Assembly (NCBI GenBank): GCA_035577265.1
Contig: DATLVR010000066.1
Coordinates: forward strand, 93,819 to 157,818
Direction of reading: 5' to 3'
Length of the DNA stretch: 64,000 nucleotides
Origin: Verrucomicrobiia bacterium
GTDB taxonomy: Bacteria; Verrucomicrobiota; Verrucomicrobiia; Limisphaerales; UBA11358
The notes under the pieces: model-generated
What the model saw: only the letters and a program-made list of their open reading frames with translations
Told to the model about the DNA's origin: nothing
Databases searched by the model: none
Translations under genes and position numbers: made by a program
Part shown: positions 28,235-37,380 of the stretch, piece by piece
Numbering within the stretch: the stretch's first letter is position 1
Layout of the letters: the number at the start of each line of letters is the position of its first letter

Positions 28235-28564
28235 TCAATAAATCGGCTGCTGCGGAATGGTCTGATAATAGCCTTTCGGTGTCGGCATGTCCTGCTGCTC
28301 TTGAATTTTAGCACGACACTGATAAACCAACGCCAAATAATACTGTGCTTTCTTGTTCTCCGGCTCAATCTTCAAGGCCGCCTGCAACTTGCGCAGTGCG
28401 TCATCTAGCTTGCCCATCTCATACAACAACCGTGCATCCTCAACGGTTGCCGCCGCAGTGGAATCAGGTCGATGGCTACTGGCCACTTTCGGGCCAGACG
28501 TGGAACATCCGACAATGCCGACGGAAAGTGTGATGCCGAGAATAAATGCCCCAATGGTTTTCAT
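28235..28564 (-). CDS. TPR-like lipoprotein
   Basis: Lipobox (IVGCS) and DARLLYEMGKLDDALRKLQAALKIEPENKKAQYYLALVY, a TPR-type repeat. Confidence 0.55.
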   Translation of the reverse strand: MKTIGAFILGITLSVGIVGCSTSGPKVASSHRPDSTAAATVEDARLLYEMGKLDDALRKLQAALKIEPENKKAQYYLALVYQCRAKIQEQQDMPTPKGYYQTIPQQPIY

Positions 28565-28653
28565 GGTGTCGAGTAGTCAACGACCCAGCCGGACCAGTGA
28601 CGTAGCCCGCGAATGCGGAACTGCCAGCGCCATCCGGCGTTGGCTGCAGCGCC

Positions 28654-28899
28654 TTAGTCGTCAATCGCTCCCCACAAGTCAGCATAAAGGTAAATGCACC
28701 CGCCAATAACCGGCATACGCTGAAGCCAAAGCACTGGCGCATATAGGACCTCAAAACTACGCGCTGCAACCTCACTGGCGCTTCGTCGATACATCATGCG
28801 AGCAGCCGGACCAAAGCTGAGCAAGTAGATAATGAGGGCGACAACGAATACAACTATCCAGCGCTTCGCATTCTGGCCATCTGTTGATCTGGACTCCAT
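28654..28899 (-). CDS. small membrane protein
   Basis: 81 aa, two hydrophobic segments. Confidence 0.35.
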   Translation of the reverse strand: MESRSTDGQNAKRWIVVFVVALIIYLLSFGPAARMMYRRSASEVAARSFEVLYAPVLWLQRMPVIGGCIYLYADLWGAIDD

Positions 28900-29239
28900 A
28901 CGTCAGCTCGTGACGACTAACAGGGCAGTGGGTTGAAATGTTGCGACCAATCCAAGTTCATAAATTCGAGGCTGCGCTGGAGCCAAAAGGTTGTCCAGCA
29001 CATTTATCAGAAGGAAACGACGGTTGATTTCGTTCCGGCAAAGACCTCAGAGCAAACAACGGATCGTGTCCTTTCCGTCTTCGTTTCCTGACGACGCGCC
29101 ATTTCCGGTGGGGCGAGCGTCCTCGCGAGCCGCCGTCCACAAATGTTTTCCCTGTCGGCCCGGCTCGTCAGGAGCCTCGCCCCACCAAGAAAATCTTCTT
29201 TCAATTTGTGCCGCCGCCGGTTCGTGTTAAATTTTTCGC

Positions 29240-29782
29240 GTGAACAAACTGGCAAAACAGCTGGATAAATTCCTCCGCAAAACGCCGAAGCTCGGCAAGG
29301 GCGTTTATATCGCCAAGACCGCCACGGTCATCGGCGACGTGACGCTCGGCGCGCATTCGAGCGTGTGGTATGGCGCGGTGTTGCGCGGCGACATCAACCG
29401 CATCGTGGTCGGCCACCACTCGAACATCCAGGACAATTCCGTGCTGCATCTGGCGGACGATTTTCCGTGCATCCTTGGCAACTGGGTCACCGTCGGCCAC
29501 AGCGCGATCGTCCACGCCTGCACCGTCGGCGACGAAACCTTGGTCGGCATGGGCGCGTGCATTCTCGATGGCGCGGTCATCGGCAAACAATCGCTCATCG
29601 GCGCGCGGGCGCTGGTGACGCAGGGCACGAAGATTCCGCCCGGCTCGCTCGTCCTCGGCGCGCCGGCGAAGGTGGTCCGTAAGTTGTCCAAGGAAGAGCG
29701 TGCCGGATTAAAATGGTGGGCGGAAAAATACGTGGACAACACGGCGTATTGCTTGAAACACGGGATTAATAATCAGTCGTAG
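29240..29782 (+). CDS. gamma-class carbonic anhydrase family (hexapeptide LbH) protein
   Basis: VIGDVTLGAHSSVWYGAVLRGDINRIVVGHHSNIQDNSVLH. GTG start. Confidence 0.85.
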   Translation: MNKLAKQLDKFLRKTPKLGKGVYIAKTATVIGDVTLGAHSSVWYGAVLRGDINRIVVGHHSNIQDNSVLHLADDFPCILGNWVTVGHSAIVHACTVGDETLVGMGACILDGAVIGKQSLIGARALVTQGTKIPPGSLVLGAPAKVVRKLSKEERAGLKWWAEKYVDNTAYCLKHGINNQS

Positions 29783-30112
29783 CCGCCGACGTCAGTCGGC
29801 GCAAACTATTTTGGGAGCCTCGGGTTTGCTCGACGCTCGGAATTTCGTGAGGCTGTGGGTTCTCCGTTCAGATGGCGCGGACTGACGTCCGCGACTACCT
29901 GATTTTGTAGTCGCCGATGTGAATCGGCGCAAACTGTTTTGTGCTGAGGTTTAACCCGGATGCTCGTCCTGTCAAAAGTCAGCGCGGACTGACGCCCACG
30001 GCTACCAAGATTCGTAGCCGCCGATGTTAATCGGCGCAAACCGTTTTGTGATGAGGTTTAACCCGGATGCTCGTTCTGTCAAAAGTCAGCGCGGACTGAC
30101 GTCCGCGGCTAC
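29779..30112. repeat. REP/BIME-like array, family 1: three A-units and three B-units, including a ~107-nt tandem duplication
   Basis: A = gtagccgccgaygt.a.tcggcgcaaac at 29779, 29907 and 30014. B = gcgcggactgacgyccrcggctac at 29875, 29982 and 30089. B is about the reverse complement of A. Confidence 0.85.
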
Positions 30113-30117
30113 GAGTG

Positions 30118-30741
30118 TCATTCCATTTCGCGTGGCGGGAGGATGCGCTTTTCGATCCCCGGTTCACGCACGGCAGCATAGTGCTTCCAAAACCACGGCC
30201 AATAATCGTCGTCGAACACTTGCAAGCGCGGATAGCCTTGAATCACCGCGCCGAGATACGCCCAGTCGCCAGGGTTCTTCACGAGTCCGGCTTTGAGGGG
30301 ATTGAGCAAGACGTAATCGGCACAAGCCAGGCTGAATGCCTGGCGCTGGCGCTCTGCCGTGGTCAACACATGATCGTGTGGCTGATGCTGAAATTTCGCG
30401 GGCTTGAGGAACGGGCCGAGTTGGGCGCGCAGGAATTTGATGCCGTTACGCTGGTCGGCGTCGCAACGCACGCCCATCCAGACAAAATGCAGATGGTCGG
30501 GCATCAAACAATATGCCGGGCAAAGCAACCCCTCGCGTGCGGCGGCGTGCAATTGCATCTCACGAAACGCGGCGTGGAAAGGCGCGTTGAGCCAGCCGCG
30601 CTGACGCAGGTGGATGGGCATCGTCCAGAAAACCACGGCATCGGCTTGATAAAACTCGCGCTTGAGGCGCGGCAGGTAATGTGAGAATTCCGAACGCGGC
30701 TTACGCTCGTCCGGATCGGGCGGCGGCGGGTTGGTGGGCAT
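30118..30741 (-). mobile_element. REP-associated tyrosine transposase (RAYT; IS200/IS605 Y1 HUH family)
   Basis: YCLMPDHLHFVW (HUH motif) and ADYVLLNPLKAGLV (catalytic Tyr region). Flanked on both sides by family-1 REPs. Confidence 0.75.
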
Positions 30742-30753
30742 GGCAAAAATTTA

Positions 30754-30945
30754 GCGCGGACTGACGTCCGCGGCTACCAAGATTCGTAGCCGCCGACGTC
30801 AGTCGGCGCAAATGTCTTCCGAGAGGTTTGGCTTTTTGCCTGGTGCCCGGCATTTCGTGCGGTTGTCGGTGATTTATTTCAGATGGCGCGGACTAACGCC
30901 CACGGCTACTTGGCTTTGTGGCCGCCGATGTGAATCGGCGCAAAC
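30754..30945. repeat. REP/BIME-like array, family 1: two B-A pairs
   Basis: B at 30754 and 30886, A at 30786 and 30918. Same units as 29779-30112. Confidence 0.85.
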
Positions 30946-31019
30946 GGCTTTGCGATGAAGCGACAAGTTTTTATTTTCATTCGCGCCAACTTGCCGCATC
31001 TTCACCGTCACGAATTTTT

Positions 31020-32867
31020 ATGGCTGACAAAACGAAGCACAATTACGACGAGAGCAAGATCAAGACGCTGTCCTCACTGGAGCACATCCGGCTGCGCACC
31101 GGCATGTATATCGGGCGCATCGGCAACGGCAACAATCCCGACGACGGCTGTTACGTCCTGCTCAAGGAGGTCGTGGACAATGCGATTGACGAATACATCA
31201 TGGGCCACGGCAAGGAGGTCGAGATCAAGATCGCCGACGGCCGCGTCAGCGTGCGCGATTTCGGGCGCGGCATCCCGCTCGGCAAGGTCGTGGACTGCGT
31301 CTCCAAGATCAACACCGGCGCGAAATACAACGACGACGTGTTCCAGTTCAGCGTCGGCTTGAACGGCGTCGGCACCAAGGCCGTCAATGCGCTGTCAAAA
31401 TTCTTTCTCGTCCGCAGCCATCGCGATGGCGAATTTGCCGAGGCCGCGTTCAAGCAGGGCAAACTCAAGAAGGAAGATGCCGGCAAGACCAAGGAGCCCA
31501 ACGGCACGCTCATTGAGTTCGAGGCCGATCCGGAGATTTTCAAGGACAGCCAATTCCGCGACGAGCACATCGAGCGCCGGCTGCGGCATTACAGTTATCT
31601 GAATACCGGCCTGAAACTGATTTTAAAAACGCCGGATTCGCCCGAGCCAAAAATTTTCCAATCGCGCCACGGCCTGATGGACCTGGTGATGGAAGACATG
31701 GCGACCGACGGCAGCGAGCCGATCTATGCGCCGTTGCATTACGCGGGCAAGACGCTGGAGTTTTGTTTCACCCACAGCAACTCGCGCTACGGCGAGACGT
31801 TTTATTCCTTCGTCAACGGCCAATACACCAGCGACGGCGGCACGCATCTGAGCGCGTTCCGCGAGGGCCTGCTCAAGGCGGTGAACGAACATTGCAACGG
31901 CAAATACGAAGGCGACGACGTGCGCGAATGCATGGTCGGCGCGGTGGCGATTCGCCTGAAAGACCCGCTGTTCGAGTCGCAGACCAAAAACAAACTGGGC
32001 AACACGGAAATCCGCACCGAGCTGGTCAACAACGTGCGCGAGGAACTGCTGCATTTTTTCCAGCGCAACAAGGCGATCGCCGACAAGATCATCGAAAAGG
32101 TGGCGGACACGCAGCAGTTGCGGAAGGAATTGCAGGCGGTCAAGAAGCTCGCGCGCGAACGCGCCAAGTCCATCACGCTGCGCATCCCGCAGTTGAAGGA
32201 CTGCAAAAATCATTTCGACAAGAAGAAGGAAAAGGGCAAGGGCACGATGGTGTTCATCTGCGAAGGCCAGTCCGCCGCCGGCTCAATCACGAGCTGCCGC
32301 GACGTGAACAATCAGGCCGTGTTCGTGCTGAAAGGCAAGCCGCTCAACGTCTGGGATCTCAAGCGCGACGTGATGTATAAGAACGACGAGATGTATAACC
32401 TCATGCAGTCGCTCAACGTCGAGGACAACACCGAGGGCTTGCGCTACGACAAGGTCATCCTGGCCACCGACGCGGACGTGGATGGCATGCACATCCGCAA
32501 TCTGATGATCACGTATTTCTTCCGCTTCTTCGAGCAGCTCGTCCACGACGGCCACGTCCATGTGCTGGAGACGCCGCTGTTCCGCGTGCGCAACAAGGAG
32601 AACACGATTTACTGCTACAGCGAAACCGAGCGGGACAACGCGGTGAAGGAACTCGGCGGCAAGCCGGAGATCACGCGGTTCAAAGGCTTGGGCGAAATCA
32701 GCCCGAAAGAATTCCAGCAGTTCATCGGCAAGGAAATGCGGACGAGCAAGGTGGAATACGCCCCGCGTGCCGAGTCCGGCCCGATCTTCAACTTCTACAT
32801 GGGCAAGAACACGCCCGAGCGGAAGGATTACATCATGGACCGGCTGGTTGTGCCGGTGGAGGAGTAA
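31020..32867 (+). CDS. parE: type IIA DNA topoisomerase subunit B (topoisomerase IV ParE / GyrB-like)
   Basis: LEHIRLRTGMYIG, VVDNAIDE, GGTH, PLKGK-type TOPRIM region (VLKGKPLNV, ATDADVDGMHI). Start at MADKTKHNYDES (31020). Confidence 0.85.
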   Translation: MADKTKHNYDESKIKTLSSLEHIRLRTGMYIGRIGNGNNPDDGCYVLLKEVVDNAIDEYIMGHGKEVEIKIADGRVSVRDFGRGIPLGKVVDCVSKINTGAKYNDDVFQFSVGLNGVGTKAVNALSKFFLVRSHRDGEFAEAAFKQGKLKKEDAGKTKEPNGTLIEFEADPEIFKDSQFRDEHIERRLRHYSYLNTGLKLILKTPDSPEPKIFQSRHGLMDLVMEDMATDGSEPIYAPLHYAGKTLEFCFTHSNSRYGETFYSFVNGQYTSDGGTHLSAFREGLLKAVNEHCNGKYEGDDVRECMVGAVAIRLKDPLFESQTKNKLGNTEIRTELVNNVREELLHFFQRNKAIADKIIEKVADTQQLRKELQAVKKLARERAKSITLRIPQLKDCKNHFDKKKEKGKGTMVFICEGQSAAGSITSCRDVNNQAVFVLKGKPLNVWDLKRDVMYKNDEMYNLMQSLNVEDNTEGLRYDKVILATDADVDGMHIRNLMITYFFRFFEQLVHDGHVHVLETPLFRVRNKENTIYCYSETERDNAVKELGGKPEITRFKGLGEISPKEFQQFIGKEMRTSKVEYAPRAESGPIFNFYMGKNTPERKDYIMDRLVVPVEE

Positions 32868-32871
32868 CTTC

Positions 32872-33019
32872 TCCCTCTCCGCCTCGACCGGGGAGATTCC
32901 CTTCTCCGCTCTGGGGAGAAGGTGGCCGCAGGCCGGATGAGGTGCCGCGCCCTGACTCCACTTCGCGCGGGGGGTGAGGTGTCGAACTCTAAAATCTTTG
33001 ACACGAATTACACGAATTG
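32872..33019 (+). repeat. left copy of the composite direct repeat bracketing the inter-topoisomerase island
   Basis: 32872-32919 is 48/48 identical to 38667-38714. 32923-32986 is 61/64 identical to 38799-38862. Ends in a cacgaattacacgaattga tail. Confidence 0.9.
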
Positions 33020-33071
33020 AAAAGGTCGGCCGTGCGTAGGCGCAGCCGGCCAAAATCTTTGCCAAACATTT

Positions 33072-33977
33072 ATGTCTGACTCTGAAGCGACCGCCGAAAA
33101 AGCCTATGCGCCGCCAGCGAGCCAACTGCTTCAGCTCGGGGAACCGCGCGGCAACGAACGGCAGGCTTGGCGTGATTACGCCGCGATGGGCATTTCGACA
33201 GCGGCGGTGCCGGAGTTGATCCGAATGGCCACCGATGACGTGCTGCACGACAGCCCGCGAGACAGCCAGCTCGTCTGGGCGCCGGTTCACGCGTGGCGCG
33301 CACTTGGGCAATTGCGCGTGCCGGAAGCCATCGCGCCGCTGCTCATGCTGTTTCAACGCGCTGATGATGCCGATGAATGGGTCATGTCGGATTTGCCCAA
33401 AGCTCTGGCGCAAATCGGCGCAGCGGCCATTGAGCCGGTTGCAAATTACCTGGCCGACACGACGCGCGGCGAATGGGAGCGCGTGACGGCAGCGGATGCT
33501 CTCGGCCACATCGGCCAGGCGCATCCGGAATTGCGCGCCGAGTGCGTGACACGGGTGGCGGCACAGTTGGAAAACTTCGCCGAACAATCAGACACGCTGA
33601 ACGCATTTTTGGTTGCGCCGCTCTGGAATTTGCGGGCCGTTGAAGCGATGTCCGTCCTCGAGCGTGCATTTGCGTCCGGCCACGTGGACGAATCGGTCAA
33701 TGGCGATTTGGAGGACCTCCAAATTCATTTCGGATTGAAAGTGGCGCGCGAGCATCCGCCCAAACCGAATTCGCTCACGGAAATGAACCGGGAAATCGCC
33801 GGCTTGCATGAAGAAATCCAGGCTTACGAACGGGAAAACGCCGAATTGCGTTCGACGCTGGACGAACTGACGTTTGAACCGCCACCCATGCCGTATCTGG
33901 CTCCGCCGAAAATTGGCCGCAATGACCCGTGCCCCTGCGGCAGTGGGAAAAAGTATAAGAAGTGTTGCGGGGCCTGA
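33072..33977 (+). CDS. SEC-C motif protein (HEAT/DUF1186-like body)
   Basis: C-terminal [22 protein letters not shown] metal-binding motif. Confidence 0.7.
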   Translation: MSDSEATAEKAYAPPASQLLQLGEPRGNERQAWRDYAAMGISTAAVPELIRMATDDVLHDSPRDSQLVWAPVHAWRALGQLRVPEAIAPLLMLFQRADDADEWVMSDLPKALAQIGAAAIEPVANYLADTTRGEWERVTAADALGHIGQAHPELRAECVTRVAAQLENFAEQSDTLNAFLVAPLWNLRAVEAMSVLERAFASGHVDESVNGDLEDLQIHFGLKVAREHPPKPNSLTEMNREIAGLHEEIQAYERENAELRSTLDELTFEPPPMPYLAPPKIGRNDPCPCGSGKKYKKCCGA

Positions 33978-33993
33978 AACGACGGGTGCTTTC

Positions 33994-34173
33994 GGCGAAA
34001 TCAGCCCGAAAGAATTCGCGCAATGCATCGGCAAGGTGCTGGCGCACGGCCACCGCGTGGAATACGCGCGACGCGCCGGGTCCGGGCCGATCTTCAACTT
34101 CTACATGGGCAAGAACACACCTGGGCGGAAGGATTCCATCATGGACCGGCTGGTCGTGCCGGTGGAGGAATGA
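33994..34173 (+). pseudogene. displaced, diverged copy of the last ~59 codons plus stop of the topo subunit B gene
   Basis: [45 protein letters not shown]-stop aligns with 32691-32867. Confidence 0.9.
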
Positions 34174-34223
34174 TTTGTGAAACGGATTGTTTCCAATTTC
34201 GAAAAACAGTATTCAATTTGGGC

Positions 34224-35006
34224 ATGCTCCCGCGACTGAAAGTCGTATCCATTATCAAACTGCTTTCGAGTGGCCGCACCAAGCCTTGCCTTGTTCTTGC
34301 TCAGGATGAAGACGGTGTGGAATGTGAAGTTGTTGTCAAATGGCGTTCCGGCCCGGAAACAAAAGACACTGGTGGCATCTGCGAGCTCATTAGTTCACTG
34401 CTCGCTGATGATTTTGACCTGCCGGCTCCGAAAGCAATGTTGGTTGACGTTGAACCCGATTTTCATCGTGCGGTTCCATGGCCAGAGATTGCAAAGTTGG
34501 TGAAGGCCAGCGCAGGCCCGAATTTTGCCACCAAATTCTTGCCAAGCATGACCACCTGGCCCACCGGACGACCGGTCGCATCATCATTGCGCACTCGCGC
34601 CTCGGAGATTTTTGCGTTTGATGCCTTGATTGAAAATCCGGACCGACGAATCAACAAGCCGAACATACTTTGGAGCGGTGAAGATTTGTGCTTGTGTGAC
34701 CATGAGCAGGCTTTTTCTTTTCTGCACGGCGTTATTGGTTGGCGGCCGGCATGGTCGGGACAAGGTCTTGAATTTCTCCGCAACCATGTGTTTTATGTCC
34801 AATTGAAAGGGCAAATCTGTGATTGGAGCAGGTTGAGTGGAGCGCTGGAAGCCATGAATGACAAGCGCCTGATTGATTATGCGACGGCGGTGCCAGATGA
34901 ATGGAAGACGGGAAATGATGCAACCGACCGCATTTTAGGTTATCTTAAAGGCGCGCGACAAAACAAGGCTGCGCTGTTTGCAGCCATTGACCAAATACTA
35001 AAATGA
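34224..35006 (+). CDS. HipA-like / PI3-4-kinase-fold Ser/Thr kinase domain protein (C-domain only)
   Basis: FAFDALIENPDRRINKPNILW (catalytic-loop-like D..N) and LCLCDHEQAF (DxG-like). About 260 aa. Start ATG 34224. Confidence 0.6.
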   Translation: MLPRLKVVSIIKLLSSGRTKPCLVLAQDEDGVECEVVVKWRSGPETKDTGGICELISSLLADDFDLPAPKAMLVDVEPDFHRAVPWPEIAKLVKASAGPNFATKFLPSMTTWPTGRPVASSLRTRASEIFAFDALIENPDRRINKPNILWSGEDLCLCDHEQAFSFLHGVIGWRPAWSGQGLEFLRNHVFYVQLKGQICDWSRLSGALEAMNDKRLIDYATAVPDEWKTGNDATDRILGYLKGARQNKAALFAAIDQILK

Positions 35007-35872
35007 AAACGACATACACATTCACGATCTTGCGATACGTGCATGACATCGCTACCGGCGAATTTGTCAATGTGGGCGTGGCTCTTTACGCTCCCGAGGC
35101 AAAATATGTCAGTGCCATCTGCTGCCCGCGCTACGGACGCTTGAGTAAAATGTTTCTCGATGTGAACGGCGACCAACTCCGCCCGCTGATGCGTTTTATA
35201 CAAGCACGCTTCGAGGAATACACCCTGAAATTGAACGATGAGTTGGCTTTGCATGGCCAGCCAAAGAGCGTCATGGAAATCGCCGCAAACATTCTTCCTC
35301 CAGATGACAGCTCTCTGCAATGGTCGGAACCGGGTGGTGGCTTCACCGAAAATCCCGGCGTGACCTTGGAACAGCTTTACAGCCGGCTTGTCGAGAAATA
35401 CGAACAACGCGCACAGGTGCCAAGCCGCACCGATGATGAGGTGTGGCGCGGCTTTAAAAAGGAGCTTGAAGTCAAACAAGTCCTGGCAAAGTTGCAGCCG
35501 AAACGGATTATCGCCAAAGATTACGACCATGAATTTGACCATGCTTGGAAGAATGGCGCTTGGAATCTTTACCAGCCCATCTCATTTGATTTAATTGATG
35601 CGGAAAGCCTCTTAGACAAGGCCAATCGCTGGCTTGGTCGTGCCACAATTCTTCAAGAGTCGCAGGAAAAATTTAAGCTGCACATGCTCTTGGGTGAACC
35701 TCGTTTGGAAAAACTAAAGTCCGCATACGGAAAAGCATTGAATATCCTCAACCGGATGCCGGTCAAAAAGGAATTTGTTCGCGAGGACGAAGCATCCAAT
35801 TTTTCCAAAGCCTTGGCAGAGGAAATCGAAAAGCATAAGTCGGCAATTTTTTATCATGCGGACATTGGTTGA
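35003..35872 (+). CDS. DUF3037-like protein, unknown function
   Basis: N-terminus YTFTILRYVHDIATGEFVNVGVALY matches my recollection of the DUF3037 signature. ATGA overlap with the kinase gene. Confidence 0.5.
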   Translation: MKTTYTFTILRYVHDIATGEFVNVGVALYAPEAKYVSAICCPRYGRLSKMFLDVNGDQLRPLMRFIQARFEEYTLKLNDELALHGQPKSVMEIAANILPPDDSSLQWSEPGGGFTENPGVTLEQLYSRLVEKYEQRAQVPSRTDDEVWRGFKKELEVKQVLAKLQPKRIIAKDYDHEFDHAWKNGAWNLYQPISFDLIDAESLLDKANRWLGRATILQESQEKFKLHMLLGEPRLEKLKSAYGKALNILNRMPVKKEFVREDEASNFSKALAEEIEKHKSAIFYHADIG

Positions 35873-36080
35873 AATTCAAGATGCCGTTGCCCAGCTTCCC
35901 GGCGACGAACGAAAAGCTTTGCAGATGTGGCTCAATTCCCAAGGTGAGTCCGGGTTGACCGCGCCGGAAGAACAGCGCCTGCTGCGTTCGCTGAATGAAG
36001 CCGTCCGCGACATTGATGCCGGCAAAGGCGTGCCGATAAATGATGTCCGCAAGCGGGTGGCATCATGGGCTTCAAAATAA
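35856..36080 (+). CDS. type II antitoxin (addiction-module component-like)
   Basis: 74 aa, MRTLVEIQDAVAQLPGDERKAL... Overlaps both neighbours and sits just upstream of a RelE/ParE-type toxin gene. Confidence 0.55.
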   Translation: MRTLVEIQDAVAQLPGDERKALQMWLNSQGESGLTAPEEQRLLRSLNEAVRDIDAGKGVPINDVRKRVASWASK

Positions 36081-36352
36081 TTTTCTCGCCGCAAGCGATC
36101 GCGGACCTGAAGGAAGTCGTCCGCCACATTGCCAGGGATGATCCCGCCACCGCCGTCCGCGTCGGCTACGAACTGATTGATCGTGTAGAAATTCTCGAAA
36201 ACTTTCCATTGCTCGGTGCGCCGTATGCCAAACGCCCGGGCGTGCGCAAGCTGGTGTCGCGGCATTCCTCATTTTCTACCGTCCGAGGCTGGAGGAAAAT
36301 ACTGTGGACATCCTGCGTTACAGGCACGGCGCGCGCACCGGGCCGGAGTTAA
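36065..36352 (+). pseudogene. RelE/ParE-superfamily toxin, frameshifted
   Basis: N-part [38 protein letters not shown] is in frame 1. The conserved [24 protein letters not shown] is in another frame from 36265. Confidence 0.6.
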
Positions 36353-36492
36353 GTTCACTTGATTGGACCGACTCGTCGTGCCGACGGAGGAATGTCGCGA
36401 AAGTCTTCGCTTGGGCGAAAGTTGACGGAGGGGCTGGCAATCATTGCCACTGGCGCAACGGCGCGGGTTCGATTACACCATGGCATCAACAT

Positions 36493-37362
36493 ATGAAAAT
36501 CGAATCCAAAAAATTCCGCGTCCGCGAAGGCGAAACGGTCAAACTCAAAAAATGGCCGACCCAAGTGAAGCCGTTTTACCAGTCGAAGGAGGATTACAAA
36601 TCCAGACTCGAAGCGAGCACCACGGAATTGAGCGAACTCCAGAGCCTGCTTTATGCCGACAACCACCATTCGTTGCTGCTGATTTTTCAGGCGATGGACG
36701 CGGCGGGCAAGGACGGCGCCATCAAGCACGTCATGTCCGGCATTAACCCGCAGGGCTGCCAAGTCTACAGCTTCAAGCATCCGAGCGCGACGGATTTGGA
36801 GCACGATTTTCTCTGGCGCACCACGCGCTGCCTGCCGGAACGCGGGAACATCGGCATCTTCAACCGGTCCTATTACGAGGAGGTGCTCATCGTGCGGGTC
36901 CACCCCGAAATTTTACAAGCGCAGGATATGCCGCCGGAATCGCTCGACGACAAAAAATTCTGGGAACACCGCTTCCGTTCCATCAACGAGCTGGAAAAGC
37001 ATCTGGACCGCAATGGCACCCGCATCGTGAAATTTTTTCTGCACGTGTCCAAGGACGAACAGCGCCGCCGCTTCCTGTCGCGGATCGACGCGCCGGAGAA
37101 AAATTGGAAGTTCAGCCAGACCGACGTCGAGGAGCGCAAATTCTGGCCGGATTACATGCAGGCGTATGAAGCATGCCTGGGCGCGACAAGCACCGGCCAT
37201 GCCCCGTGGTTCGTGATTCCCGCCGACGACAAGGAAAACGCCCGGCTCATCATTTCGCAGGTCGTGCTCGACACGTTGAACGCCTTGAAGATGAAGTATC
37301 CCGAAACCTCCAAGGCGCGCCGCAAGGAATTGCTGGCCATCCGCAAGTCCCTCGAGAAATAA
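36493..37362 (+). CDS. polyphosphate kinase 2 (PPK2) family protein
   Basis: [14 protein letters not shown] Walker-A-like motif, [10 protein letters not shown], and typical PPK2 length starting at MKIESKKF. Confidence 0.8.
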   Translation: MKIESKKFRVREGETVKLKKWPTQVKPFYQSKEDYKSRLEASTTELSELQSLLYADNHHSLLLIFQAMDAAGKDGAIKHVMSGINPQGCQVYSFKHPSATDLEHDFLWRTTRCLPERGNIGIFNRSYYEEVLIVRVHPEILQAQDMPPESLDDKKFWEHRFRSINELEKHLDRNGTRIVKFFLHVSKDEQRRRFLSRIDAPEKNWKFSQTDVEERKFWPDYMQAYEACLGATSTGHAPWFVIPADDKENARLIISQVVLDTLNALKMKYPETSKARRKELLAIRKSLEK

Positions 37363-37380
37363 ATTCCGTTCCGCCCGAGC

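Noticed and set aside
29779-30945. Regularly recurring ~24-28-nt repeats that could be mistaken for a CRISPR array
   Set aside because: The units come in two mutually complementary types forming palindromic pairs. Spacing is irregular (8 nt within pairs, ~70 nt between). The spacers are themselves duplicated (a 107-nt tandem unit). There are no cas genes, and a RAYT gene sits in the middle. This is a REP/BIME array, not CRISPR.
36255-36275. Programmed ribosomal frameshift in the first RelE/ParE-like toxin
   Set aside because: There is no slippery heptamer or obvious downstream stimulatory structure at the frame junction. Mutational decay or a sequencing error is more parsimonious.
36440-36485. 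tRNA-like T-arm string (gcgcgggttcgattacacc) upstream of the PPK2 gene
   Set aside because: The bases 3' of the ttcgatt loop do not pair with the 5' side. No acceptor, D or anticodon stems can be drawn. At most it is a degraded tRNA fragment, and the evidence is not enough to call it.
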